Origin: Yuukianura sp. NJ FZ-2021
Lineage: Eukaryota
DNA: 64,000 nucleotides
Reading direction: 5' to 3'
Assembly: GCA_046563655.1 (NCBI GenBank)
Contig: CM102287.1
Span: 5,270,001 to 5,334,000 of the forward strand
How positions within the stretch are numbered: the first letter of the stretch is position 1; every line of letters starts with the position of its first letter. The notes under the pieces were generated by a model, which saw only the letters and a list, made by a program, of their open reading frames with translations, made no database searches and was not told where the DNA came from. The position numbers were made by a program, and so were the translations under genes. This document shows, one piece after another, positions 1 through 12,968 of the stretch.

Positions 1-1
1 A

Positions 2-646
2 TGTGATAAGCAGCATTCCTAGCAGCATTCCAGCTAGATTGCCGAGGGGAAAGTGTTCCGAAGAAACTACAGGGGCTTTAGCTACACCATCAGAGCCACC
101 ACCAGATCCTCCAGCAGAGCCATCAGATCCATCCTTTCCTCCAGGAGAGCCACCAGATCCTCCTTTGCCTCCAACAGAGCCACCAGATCCACCTTTGCCT
201 CCAGCAGAGCCACCAGATCCACCTTTTCCTCCAGCAGAGCCACCAGATCCACCTTTTCCTCCAGCAGAGCCACCAGATCCACCTTTTCCTCCAGCAGAGC
301 CACCAGATCCACCTTTTCCTCCAGCAGAGCCACCAGATCCACCTTTTCCTCCAGCAGAGCCACCAGATCCACCTTTGCCTCCAGCAGAGCCACCATCTCC
401 ACCTTTGCCTCCAGCAGAGCCACCAGATCCACCTTTTCCTCCTGCAGAGCCACCAGATCCACCTTTTCCTCCGGCAGAGCCACCAGATCCACCTTTTCCT
501 CCGGCAGAGCCACCAGATCCACCTTTTCCTCCGGCAGAGCCACCAGATCCACCTCCACCTCCGCCATCTGCTGTTTGTGTGGCAGTACAAACGATGCTGC
601 TCAAAAGGATCAACACAGCAGCATCGTACAAGCTCCTGTTCGCCAT
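2..646 (-). CDS. Gly-rich repeat protein (signal-peptide-like N-terminus, (GGKGGSGGSA)n, hydrophobic C-terminal segment); 3' end runs off the window
   Basis: Manual translation from ATG at 646: MANRSLYDAAVLILLSSIVCTATQTADGGGGGGSGGSAGGKGGSGGSA...GVAKAPVVSSEHFPLGNLAGMLLGMLLIT, open to the window edge. It is absent from the ORF track because no stop lies in the window. Confidence 0.75.
   Translation of the reverse strand, partial: MANRSLYDAAVLILLSSIVCTATQTADGGGGGGSGGSAGGKGGSGGSAGGKGGSGGSAGGKGGSGGSAGGKGGSGGSAGGKGGDGGSAGGKGGSGGSAGGKGGSGGSAGGKGGSGGSAGGKGGSGGSAGGKGGSGGSAGGKGGSGGSAGGKGGSGGSVGGKGGSGGSPGGKDGSDGSAGGSGGGSDGVAKAPVVSSEHFPLGNLAGMLLGMLLIT
105..560. repeat. 30-bp coding tandem repeat, about 15 units
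   Basis: Unit CCAGCAGAGCCACCAGATCCACCTTTTCCT repeated with few substitutions. Confidence 0.97.
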
Positions 647-1269
647 TGCACTTGTGGGCAGGTTTTTGCTCTACTGTGACAGTAAAAAAAAGACAGTCGT
701 GTCATTTCACAAGAGTTGAAATGTTTTTATAAATAATAATATGTTAATATTTAATTACTGAATATTGAAACGTCGTTTGCTGCTCACTCTAACCTTTTCG
801 AAGTCAAAAAACTCGCAACGCCGAAGAACAACCGACCAGCGCTTTGCTTATTCTTGCGAACTGCAGTTTCAAGTCCAACTTATGATGATGATGCATCATA
901 ATGGGGATGGCAATCGTGGTTATTTGTTTTAGCAGTTGAAGTGTTTTTAATTACAAAAAAATACACTGCTGCTATTGACATTTTTTAGAAATAGAAGCTT
1001 TGTAAAAGTTTTCGTTCCGCACTTCTTTTTAAAACATTTCTTTTAGTTATTCAGTTTAAAATCAACGAAACGTGCTGCTGCATGATGAACAGATCCTAAA
1101 AATAGAAAGTTTTAGAAAGAAAAAAAGTTTTTGTACAGGAAGAGTTTTCTGTTAAAGTTCAGTTTTTTGAATGAATCCAGACTTTGTGCGCTATGGAAAT
1201 CGTGTACAGTGGTACAACATAACTTTCTAGAGTTCCAAAGTTGAAGAATTGAACTCAGAAATCTAAGAA

Positions 1270-4241
1270 ATGGAAAGTCTATTGAACGCGAATGTGAAAG
1301 AGACCAGTCGAGGTCAGTTGAAAAGTGACAGAGAGGTCATCGAAGGTCAACTCAGAAGTGACAAAGACAAAGTTCAAGACATGTGTCACCTCCATAACGT
1401 GACTTCACAGTTTCATTTGAAGTGCCAAAATCAGTCTCAAGTCAACAGCACTGTTTTCGCAGACAAAATAGACTTCATCAGGGCACTCAAGGACCTCTTC
1501 ACATGGACTTCCCCATGTAGCCCCCCATTCATCAACCTCCTAAAAAGTACAACATCTTACTATTTTATCTTTGTGTCCTACTTTCAAAATCCTGCGCATA
1601 CAGCTTAATCACTGACCCTAATCGTCTCAACATGCTCCACTTCCCAAAATTTGCAAAACTTTGCCACTTTCCTGAAGCCTCATTTTCTTTAATCTCCATT
1701 TTAAATCTATTCTCAGAATATGAAAAATGTGGCGAAACATCAACGCAGTTCCGGCAGCGTGGAAACGAGGCCTATCGTACTCGGAACTTCTCGGAAGCTC
1801 TTCGGCAGTACAATTTAGCCATTATGTTTGGACCACCAGAGGGGGAGTCGTTGGCCTTGGCTTATGGCAATAGGGCTGCCCTCCTTCTGGAAATGGGCCA
1901 CCCCGATCTCAGTGTCCAGGACATTGACAGAGCGTTGGAGTGTCAATGTCCTGAGGGCTTCAAGATCAAGTTGGATGCCAGAAGGACGAGAGCGAATAAC
2001 TCTGTTTTGCGGTTTTCAAATAAAATGAAACCTGCCAATCCCACTCGGGGACAAGAGTATAGGCTGGAAAAACCGAATCCGAAAATTCCTAAAGCCGAAA
2101 GTTTTGTCAGCATCGACTGGAAATCGGAGTGTGGTCGAAGGCTGGTTGTAACAGAAGCCGTGCCTTGTGGTAAGAAAATTCAAAAACAAAGTTTCCTTTC
2201 CGAAAACAAATAGCGATGGATAAGACTGACAAACAAAAAGTTCAACTTCAAAGCGTTCGAAAACCAAAATACTCCTGCAAAAAAAATACTCCGGATTTTT
2301 GTCGACTTGGATTTCTAATTGACAAATTTTTTTTCTAATTTTAACTTACGATTAGTTTTTCTAACGGTTTCAATTTTGCTGTTTTACTTTCTGTGGAAAA
2401 CATAGCCTGTACAATTAAAAAATTACATAGTACAATTGAAATCGAAATTAAGAAAATGATAAGCATCAAATAGAAGGAAAACTCAAGCGAAATGCAGCTG
2501 ATGAGTTTCTAACTTATAAAAATGGAATTCTATTGTTGGACAAATCGATTTGATCTATTTGTCCGTTGGTCATTTTGTCATTGGAGGCTAGTCATGCTTA
2601 CCTCAAATCCTTTTAGCGGTACATCCGCAATTAAGTTCCTGTATCAGGTTTAAGGCTAACGAACTTTCTTGACAAAAGAAACTTTGACAAGAACGACTCA
2701 AAGTGAAAGTCTTTCACAAAGACTTTCTCCGAAATTGCACCTTCATTTGTCATATGGTATAAAATTTCAAGCTTACCATACTCATTAATGTCTTCCAGGA
2801 AAAGTACTTCTTATGGAAGAACCATTTGCTCTTTCCATTGACAAGGAACTTGGATTTGACACTCAACATTGCCACTTCTGCCTCACGACAATCATCTCTG
2901 GATTTCCGTGTTCGCATTGTCCCTTTGTAAGTCAAAAAAGTTGCAGAGAAAGCCAGATTATAATCATTTGCGCCGAAAAACATCTTAAATTTGAAAAACC
3001 TTTCTGAAATCTCCTTTCACTTCAGCTTACCAACTTTCACTTTGATTCTTTCATCAAAGTCAGGAATCTTAAAGAATTTTACAAAATTGTGCTAACTGCT
3101 GCGGAAAGCTTTTTTGTCAAAATCTCAAACACTCCAAAATATCATTCTTTTGAAATTTTAGGTATTGTATTGCAGCGTTTCTTGTTTGGATGAAGCTGCC
3201 TCAAGGTTTCATCGATTAGAAGAACCAATTTTAGCGTACATTTACTCACAAGAAATGGAAGAGCGGGAGTTGCTGATTCTACGAATAATTTGCACCATTG
3301 GACAGCAAGGGCTTTGGGATTTGTTCAAATCCGATTTGAGTGAAACCACTTTGGTCCAAAATTCCCCAAATGCTTCACCACAACAAATTTCAGGCGTTGA
3401 TCCGAAATCGGGTATTTACGAATCCGGGTATTACCAAATCACACACTTGGCAAATCATTCCCGCGTCCCCTGTGTTTTGAATCCTCCCGCCCAATCAAAA
3501 GACCTAATTTCCCGTTCATTTGTTCTTTTGAGTCTTCTGGAAGAAAAGGGCTTTTTCTCCATGACCTCTGACCTAACGGAGCTTAAACGATTCCGAGAAT
3601 TCGTTACTTTACAAATTCTCACTTTGTATGAAGTGGCTCCATTCAATGTGATGGCATTCAGTGAACTAAAAAGCTCAGACAGCAATGCGCATGCATTCGC
3701 CTCAGAGCCTTTAGGCACTGGACTTTTCCCTACGCTTTCACTTTTGAATCACTCCTGTACGCCGAATGCCGTCCACGTTCGCGTCGGTGCCAGAGCTCAA
3801 ACGGCCGTGATTTCTCTACGTCCACTTTCTGCCGGTGAAGAACTAACGATCACCTATGGGCCTAGATTTAATACTCAAAAAAGGCGGGAACGCCAAGCAG
3901 AGCTGCAGAGAAAGTATAACTTTCTGTGTGGGTGTCGAGCTTGCTGTGAGAATTGGCCCACTTCGGATTCAAACCTGGCGGGGGTCAAGTGCCCATTATG
4001 TTCACATCAAACTGAAACTTTGACTTGTGCCACGTGCCGAAACGTTGAAAAATGGATTCAAAAACTGAGGGGAATTTTAAACAAGATGAATCAGAGACCA
4101 AACGCACAAATCGATGAGGAAATGCTAAGTGACCTGCCAAGGGCTATCGAATTTTTTTATGAAAACTTTCCATTTCCATTTCAGTACACAGAAATTACAC
4201 AAGAACTTTTCAAGAAGGCGCTGGTTATGCAGTTTCTGTAA
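1270..4241 (+). CDS. SMYD4: SET and MYND domain protein, SMYD4-like (TPR + split SET/MYND + post-SET)
   Basis: Exons approx 1270-1546, 1717-2169, 2799-2926, 3162-4241. TPR (RQRGNEAY...LAYGNRAALL), MYND (HCHFC..CSHC..YCSVSC), SET (LNHSCTPN, EELTITYG), post-SET CGCRAC. Confidence 0.9.
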
Positions 4242-5267
4242 CTTTTTATTTTAAAAAAAACTACTAATCTGAGGAAAACATATCATACATGCGTGTATTT
4301 TTTTTTATTAAACCAATTTCCTTTCGCTAAATTTTAGCTTACTTTAAAACATGTTAGGCAGTGCAGTGGTAGTACATTTTATTTGTATGAAAGCGAAATG
4401 AGGTGTACTGGAATACACTTTCATAGGATTTTGGTTTCTTCTTGATAACGATATGTTGAGGTCAAACTAATTCCAGCGAAAGTTGGTTAATTAACCGCAG
4501 TTTGTTGCTTTCGTTAAAAAAATTGCCGCACGTTAGAGTTACATTCAATTAATTTAATGCTCAGTCCAGTTTGAGTTTAGCACAAAAGCAAAAGTTCATT
4601 TTGCAATAGTTAAATGTTCTGAAATTTTGAGAAACCGGTTTATAAAAGTTTTCAGCAATCTAATTAATTAAAGTGTAAACGTAGAAGCATGTTTGTGTTG
4701 TTTCTACAGAGAGAAAAAGCAAGCTTTAAAAAGTTATGCAAGATTTTCATAGCAATCAACGTTGCGTTGTACTGCTTTAGGAATTGAGTGGATTAAAGTT
4801 ATGTTGGTTAAGTTAATATTCAAAGTTTGAAGAAAACAGAAAGTAAATAGAGTGACAGTTAAGCAATTACTTCAAAAACTCAAAATGGTGAAAGTTTGCG
4901 TTTCTTTTTGGCCTAAATAAATTTGGATGAAAAATTGATTTTCCATAATGCGCCAAATTACCACTTCTACTTCTACTGTGGACCGTAGCATTTTGGAGTG
5001 TGAACATAAAGAAATTTAGGCTCTCTGGACCTTTGTATTTACTCGGAATGAAGGAAAGCCTGGCATAAGGGGGGACAAAAAGCCATTGGAACTTGGTCTG
5101 CTCTCTCCCTCACCAAAAGATCTCTGTTTCTAGTTTCAGTTTATAAGGAGGGCAGGGAGCATGCGGAATCACTTCTGGAAGATGAGATTACAAAGTTATT
5201 ATTAGCATTTGTATCTTAATCTTTCAAGTGACTCAAAGTTGAAGTGACACTGACCATACGAGAGATC

Positions 5268-8200
5268 ATGCGAGACAGAATTAGTTTCTGGATTAGAAGA
5301 CCCCGCCTGAGGGTGACTCGGCTGGTCAAAGGCCTCTGCTTAGCTTCAATTCTGTTTCTCATCCTAGTTTTCTCCCTTGAAAACCGAAAGTGGGCATCTG
5401 TAGCCAAGTCGGAGGCTGATGCAGAGATTGAGGCCTTCGTTAGGTCACGGGAGACTCCGAGTGCGGTTTTTGTTCTCCCGGATTCAGAGACGGTGGTCCA
5501 TAACCCACAGAGTCACTGCAATGCCGTAAGAATGGAATTTTTGAAACATAGACGAAATAAATTGAATTTTAGACAATTGAATTGTTTTTTGATGTTGACA
5601 AAGGTTAAAGTTTAACCTTTTTGTTAAGTTGTTTTAAGAATTTTGGAAATGCTGAAGTTTTTAGAAAACTTTGTGTTTTGAAGCCTAACTTTCTCTTTTG
5701 CTTTCACTTCCAGGACAATGGATCCAACGTGCTCACATTGTTCATGGTTGTGTCTGCTCCAGGAAAGAAAGCTGCTCGAGATGTGATACGCTCTGGGTTT
5801 AAATTTTACTTGAAAGAATACAACAATGAAATTGGAGGCCATTTTGAACCTACTCAAAAATTTAATACTCTGCTCTTTTTCACTGGGTTGCCTCAAACAC
5901 CGGTTGAAAGGGTACGCTAAATTCTAATTTTACATGAATTTCTCTTTGAGCTCTTTTGAATAAGCCTAACCTTTGTTTTCAAAATTTCCCATTTGGTTTA
6001 TGTTTGTACTGCGTCAGTCTCTGAAATAGGAAGCTTTCAAAAACATCCAATTGAAATTACGTTGGGTTAACCTTTGTTTAACTTAACTGGCGTATAACCT
6101 ATACATATTGAACAAATTATAGTTGTTGGATTTGGTTAACAATTTTATTAGTAAGCTGTACAGTACAATTAACAAATTACGTTTAATTAGTTTTAGTAAG
6201 TTATCAATTAACGTAAGCAGATTTACCAGTGTTCGGACGCCCCCTTCCCCACTGGGGATGGGGGATGGGGATTTGGGGCTCAATCCCCGGGGACATCATA
6301 CTCGAATTGGGGGTGGGGATTTAAAATTAAATTCGGCTAAAATCGGACGGCCGACGGCGGCTCGGAACTCCATTTGGCGCGAACCGTTTGGATCCAATTT
6401 ACAAACAATTGCAAATGTAGCAAAAAAAATACATTCTGCACAACATTTCACCGCAAAATTTCGGATTTTTCAAATTCATTAACTTTGTTTCATTAATTTT
6501 ATACATACAAAATACATACAAAACCATATAAATCATCAGTCCCACATATAACCACTTAAAACAATTGACTCAACCTAGCTTAACACCGAATCTCACATTA
6601 CCTATGGACATTGCTAATCAGCTGCTGGGTGTGAATTGCCGTACCAATTTATATATAGTGTAATTTAATCTAATCTGCTCACAAAATAATTGCGAGTTAA
6701 GCGAAATTAATTAATTAATTAGCTTGTATAAAATAGGATGACAAAATAGTGTGATACGTTCCTGTGAGAAAGAGAACCATAACCAGAAACACAACAGCCA
6801 AAAAGGTGCGCACAATCAATTAGGTTTGGAATTCCCGGCGGCCTTCTGGGCATGCGCAATGCTATTTTTCTGCTAAACCCCCAATTCCCCAAATCCCCGG
6901 GGATTTGGGGAATTCCCCAAATCCCCGGGGACATCATCTAATCCCCGGGGATGTCCGAACACTGAGATTTACAGCATTTCGGTTACTTTGTAGTCGTTTT
7001 TCTTGTTTTTTTTAAATCGTTTGTTCAAATGCTACTCACAGTCCCATTGTGTTTTGTTCTTTTGAAACAAAAATTAAGCTTCTTTGTGTTTTGTTTGTCG
7101 CTTTTGTTGTCTGTTTCAACATTGTCTATTTATGTAGTTTTGGGAATTTTGTAAAGTTTTGTTTCGGTAAAGGATAAAAGGTGACCCGGATTATAACTTT
7201 TTGTTTCAAATTTGGAAATTTGAACTTTGTTTTTCGAAAAAGAGTAGAATTTGACTCTGAAATTCATACCTGCTTGACCTTTCTAAAGCCTATAAAACCC
7301 TGTACTTTTCAAATCTCCAGCAGTCAGTCTAGTACTGACCGAAGACCTGTCAAGAAGGTCCGCAATTGCACTTCACTTGGTCAATTGTGTTCACTACAAC
7401 AGTAGAACACGAGAATGTTCCGCAGTAGTTAATGTTTAAATTATCACTGGGAATCTTTCTCGTGTTTGAACTGTCGAAAACCATCAACAGTAAGGTCAAC
7501 TTTTAGTTGCACTAAAGTTAGTAACTACTTGCGCCGGTAGTCATGCAAATGTCACCGGGTATTTAGTTGCTAATGTTGTTGCAAATTTCGCCGAAATCCT
7601 AAATCGTCTGTTACTTTTTATACTGTTCTAGAATCTAGTTAAACTGTACTAAAATTGCATTTCAACTTAACAATGTTTTCTAAATTCGTTTTTTTTTTCA
7701 TTTCAGCGCATGCTCCTCAATGAAGCTAGCCTCCACGGAGATCTCATAATCGACGACTTCAAAGATTCCTACATGAATCTCACGCTCAAATCCCTCCGAA
7801 TGCTGAAATGGATCGAACAAAACTGCTACAACGCCGAGTTCACAGTCAAAGTTGACGACGACTTTCACGTAAACTTGAGAAGGCTGCTCGGTCTCCTGGA
7901 AGGAATGTCAAAAGAAGGCTCCGGGAAGAACATGATTGGTGGAATGCTGTTCCAAGGGGCGGAGCCAGTACGAGATCCAGCTTCAGTCTATGGAAAATGG
8001 TACACTCCGCTGGAATTGTGGCCAGATCCGACATTCCCCGACTACGTCGCAGGATTCTTCTACGTTATGGGGAAGGAGGCAAGGTCAAAAGTGTACAAGA
8101 AAGCACTGCTCAAACCGCTGTTTCACCTGGAAGATGTCTTCGTCACTGGAATTGTAGCCAAAGATGTTCCGGGAGTCAGAGTGACAAATTTACCAACAAT

Positions 8201-8381
8201 TTCAAATTTTTGGACTCCTTTGAAAAATTTAGTCACGTCTAGTTGCGACATTCAAAATCGGTACATGGGGATACACTTCCATTCGAAACTGTTCAACTAC
8301 ATGGACTGCTGGAAGAATTTCAACGACAAGGACTTTGTCTGCAGTACCTGGCCACTCAGCACACACTGTTGGCTTGACTGA
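5268..8381 (+). CDS. GT31 beta-1,3-galactosyltransferase-like, copy A
   Basis: Exons 5268-5525, 5714-5911, 7707-8381. Type II TM anchor and motifs DSYMNLTLKS, KVDDD, FPDYVAG, EDVFVTG. Intron 2 is expanded to about 1.8 kb. Confidence 0.92.
6227..6964. mobile_element. hAT-type MITE (738 bp) in intron 2 of GT31 copy A
   Basis: 12-bp TIRs CAGTGTTCGGAC / GTCCGAACACTG, perfect 8-bp target-site duplication AGATTTAC (6219-6226 and 6965-6972), and subterminal ATCCCCGGGGA motifs at both ends. Confidence 0.93.
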
Positions 8382-8829
8382 TGAATGAGACATGAGTTCA
8401 ACAGTAACTAGTTCAACAACTTTTAAGCTACAAACTTCCAGTCAAAACGTTGTTTACGTAACTCAATTTAATATGCTAGTTAATAATAATGGACTTAAGT
8501 TGTCATTAGGCATTTAGGGAACAATTTTCTAGAACATTTTTCATAAATTCTTCCAAATTGTGTTTGTGTGCGTCTACCTAAAAATTTTAAATTTAGAACG
8601 ACTAAAAATATACTTTCGTATAAACAATGCTGTTTTTAGAAATGCTAAAACTTTATTTTTCATAGAAAAAATAAAATGCTCAGTTTACGCTTTATTATGA
8701 AGGACTCTCGTTCACAATTTTCAAAATTTTCTTTTTCAAAATTCAAAATGAACAATCGACGAACTGAGGACTGTTTTGAAATAACGTTTCATTATTTACT
8801 TTAGTAATTGACGTTTGGCTTATCATAGA

Positions 8830-9116
8830 TCTTTGTCACTGGAATTGTGACCAAATAAATTCCAGAAATCAAACTGACAAAACAATTAATTGCTAAACAG
8901 TGACTGGTTAATTACATGTACATTAACTGGATCACATGCAGTTGTGACATTGGAAATAATTACTTTGGAGTCCATTTCCATTTTAAACAGTTCCACTACT
9001 TGCATTGCTGGAAAAGTTTCAACGACAAGGGGTTTGTTTGCAGTAACTGGCCAGTTATAGCCTACTGCTTAATTGAATACAATGCGTTCAGCAATGATTA
9101 CTTCAGCAAATTTTAG
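8830..9116 (+). pseudogene. 3' fragment of a GT31 gene resembling copy C
   Basis: Aligns to about 12169-12448 (FVTGIV...NDYFxKF). It has a GAA>TAA stop at 8856, small indels and no upstream exons. Confidence 0.88.
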
Positions 9117-9349
9117 GAAACAAACAAGCTTATTCTTACTGATGTCTCAATATACCCCACCCTTAACAACTAACTTTGTAGCGCGAAAGGGAATTCAAAC
9201 TGACTCAGGTTTGAGATAAACAAAGGATAAATACAGAGATGGTTGACGTAACGTAAGGTTGAACTGAAATTTTATAGTAAATAAGGTTTAGACGTCGCGC
9301 CATATCTAGAAACTTCACTGGCCTGACGCCTGAGTGACGCTTACGAACA

Positions 9350-10652
9350 ATGTTGCTGGATATAATCAATTTCTGGAGACGCAGATGGAAAGGACGACAA
9401 AAGGCAACATTGTTCAAAGGATTGTTCATAGTCCTAATTACTTTTGGAATTATTACGATCTTGTACCTTGTTGAAAATCAAGCTTCAGCGATTAATGGAG
9501 CCAGGGAGAGGTTACAGTTCATCTTGAGATCCCAGGGTATTCCGAGTTCGTCCTTCGTTCTCCCGGATTCGGACACTTTGATTCATAACCCACAAGGTCA
9601 CTGCAATACGGTAAGCCAGCGTGTTTCTTTTTTAACAACCTTTACAGTTTTACATTTAAAGGTTCTTGAGAAATGCTAAATTTTCAGTGTAATTTTACTT
9701 CCAGGAAAATGGATCCAAGGTTTTTACGCTGTTCATCGTGGTGTCCGCTCCTGCTAACATAGCTGCTCGAGATGTGATACGATCTGGATTCAAGTTCTAT
9801 CTGAGAGAGTACGACAATGAAAACCGTCGTCATTTTGAACCTACTCAAAAACTAAATACTCTCCTGTTTTTTACCGGGTTACCTCAAAAACAAGTAGAAA
9901 AAGTACGGGTGAAATCAGTTTAAAATTTTTGAAGTTACGGTAATCTGTATTGTATTCATTTTTCATTATAGCGCAAGATCATCAATGAAGCCAGACTTCA
10001 CGGAGATCTCATAATCGACGACTTCAGAGATTCCTACATGAATCTAACGCTCAAGTCCCTCCGATTGCTGAAGTGGGTTGAACAGAATTGTTACAATGCC
10101 GAATTCTTGGTCAAAGTTGACGATGACTTCCACATAAACTTGAGAAGACTCCTTCGTTTTCTGGAGGGAATGTCAATCGAAGGCTCCGGGAAGAGCATGA
10201 TTGGTGGCCTGTTGTTTCAAGAGGCGGAGCCTATTCGAGATCCAACTTCAGTCGACGGAAAATGGTACACTCCGCTGGAGTTGTGGCCAGATCCGGCATT
10301 CCCCGACTATGTCGCAGGATTCTTCTACGTTATGGGGAAGGAGGCAAGGTCAAAAGTCTACAAGAAAGCACTGCTCAAACCGCTGTTTCACCTGGAAGAT
10401 GTCTTCGTCTCTGGAATTGTTGCCAGAGATATCCCAGGAATCCAACTCAGAAATTTAACGTCAATCATAAATCGCTGGGTCCCCTCCGAAAATTTAGTCA
10501 TATCCAGTTGTGACCTTGAAAATGAGTTTTTTGGGATTCATTTCCATTCGAAAGTGTTCAACTACTTGGACTGCTGGAAGGAATTCAACGAAAAGGATTT
10601 CGTCTGCAATCCGATCCCACTCAGCGATTACTGCTTCACTAAAGAACGATGA
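9350..10652 (+). CDS. GT31 beta-1,3-galactosyltransferase-like, copy B
   Basis: Three exons (approx 9350-9610, 9705-9908, 9972-10652). TM anchor, NLTLKS, KVDDD, EDVFV. Confidence 0.92.
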
Positions 10653-11116
10653 GTTCAACAGTATTAGTATTGGTTCAGCAAACACTAGCTATGCGTTTAT
10701 AAAAAAAAATAGTTGAAATTAGTAAATCTCCCGACAAAAGGTATCAAAACGTTCATTTAAAATGGCGTAAAATATTTTTTTTAAATAAAAAGTTCTATGA
10801 TTGTTTGTTTATTTTGTTGTCTAATCTGCGTTCGCTTTTATCACTTCCACTTGAGTACTAAAGATATTGATGAATTTATTTGCTCACTGTGTTGAATTGA
10901 GTAATTCCTTCGATATGCACTAACCAAACCAGTTACATTTCTCGCAAAACCCGAACCGAGTTAGTTAATTATATTGTAATATTTTATATTTTAACTATTC
11001 TATGATCGAAAAGTTCAAAACAAAGTGTTATTTCATAATTTTTGACACATTATGCTTGGGCATCAATAATGGTAAACAGTACTTACTGGTAAAAGTAATT
11101 TAGTGACTTTATAACA

Positions 11117-12448
11117 ATGAAATTCCGGATCAGACGACGACATTGTTGCAGATTTTCGATCAAAGGAACGTGTGTACTAATTACAATTTTAGCAATTAGT
11201 CTGCTCTTTTTCCTTGAAAACCGGAAGTGGGCAGCTATAGCCAAGATGGAGGCCGAAACAAAGTTTGAGATGTTGGTCAGTTCACGTGACACTCCGAGTT
11301 CGGTTTTTGTTCTCCCGGATTCGGACACTGTGATTTATAACCCACTGAATCACTGCGATATGGTAAGGAACGTTCAAATGCTTTAGAAAAGTGAATTTTT
11401 AATTTAAAAAAAGTACAACGAACATTTATGATTTTCGAAACTTAACTTTCACTTTCGCTTTTCCTTCATCGCAGGACAATGGATCCAATGTGTTAACATT
11501 GTTCATGGTTGTGTCAGCCCCGGAAAACGAAGCTGCTCGGAATGTTATACGATCTGGATTTAAATTTTACCTGGAAGAATATAACGATGAAGTTGGCGGC
11601 TATTTTGAAACTTTTAGCAAACTAAACACTCTACTCTTTTTCATTGGGTTACCAAAAACTGATGATGAAAAGGTGTCGTTACACAACTGCACTTTTGGTT
11701 GTTTTTTTTAATGAATTTTTTATAACTATTTTATTAGGAAAACCTTTTCTCCGAAGCTGAAATGCACAGTGACCTCGTCATCGATGACCTGCAAGAATCC
11801 TACATGAATCTGACTTTAAAATCCCTCCGAATGCTGAAATGGGTTGAGCAGAATTGCTACAACGCCGAGTTCACGGTCAAAGTTGACGACGACTTTCACA
11901 TAAACTTGAGAAGGTTACTCGGTCTTCTGGAAGCAATGTCACTGGAAGGCTCCGAGGAGAACATGATTGGTGGGCAGTTGCTCCAAGGGGCGGAGCCAGT
12001 ACGAGATCCAGCTTCAATCTATGGAAAATGGTACACACCGCTGGAATTGTGGCCAGATCCGACGTTCCCCGACTATGTCGCAGGATACTTCTACGTTATG
12101 GGGAAGGAGGCAAGGTCAAAAGTGTACAAGAAAGCACTGCTCAAACCGCTGTTTCACTTGGAGGATGTCTTTGTCACTGGAATTGTCGCCAAAGAAGTTC
12201 CGGAAATCAAACTAACAAACTTACAAATAATTGCTAAGCACTGGTTACCTGTACATAATTGGATCACATCCAGTTGTGACATTGTAAATCATTACTTTGG
12301 AGTCCATTTCCATTTTAAGCAGTTCAACTACTTGCATTGTTGGAAGAGTTTCAACGACAAGACGTTTGTTTGCAGTAACTGGCCACTTTTAGCCTACTGC
12401 TTATTTGATTACAATGAGTTCAGCAATGATTACTTCATCAAGTTTTAG
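11117..12448 (+). CDS. GT31 beta-1,3-galactosyltransferase-like, copy C
   Basis: Three exons (approx 11117-11362, 11475-11672, 11738-12448) with the same motifs as the other copies. Confidence 0.92.
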
Positions 12449-12968
12449 GTAAACAAGCTATTCCTACTGTTGTCGCAATTCACCCCACCCTAACATTAGA
12501 ACTGTGGCGCGAAATCAGCTTCAAACTGACCCAAGTTTGAGATAAAAACAAAGGAAAAATGCAGAGGTGGTTGGCGTAAGGTTGAATTAGTTATTGTAGG
12601 AATGTAGCCACTTTGCGGCAACACTGGGAAACTGCTATATGGCTACTTTTGTTGCCACTTAAAGTTAAGTGTTTTTGTTTTTTAGCTAGAACGATTGCAA
12701 ATGTTGCCACTAGGTGTAGCGGCGTATTGTAGCCACACAAGCTGGCCAGAGTAGCTACGTTTTTCGGCCACAATGACGGTCGTTAATCCTTATGTCAGTG
12801 ATGTTGATTGCAGAACTCAATCGACTGACGTTGATCTTTCACATCACCTCCATTTTTTTAAATTAATATTTATATGTAATGTAATTTAATTAAAATTCAA
12901 TTTTATAACAGTAAGTAGGTTTAAGCGTCGCGCCAGAATAGAAACTTCACTGACCTGAGTCAAGAACA

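Noticed and set aside
105..560. CRISPR-like periodicity
   Set aside because: Head-to-tail repeats without unique spacers, no cas genes, eukaryotic context.
3..719. Pro-rich, Ser/Arg-rich, Leu/Glu-rich and Trp/Arg-rich ORFs over the 30-bp repeat
   Set aside because: These are alternative frames of a stop-free repeat. Only the Gly-rich minus frame has an ATG followed by a signal-like segment.
6083..6937. ORFs in GT31 copy A intron 2
   Set aside because: They derive from GC-rich MITE ends and have no protein motifs.
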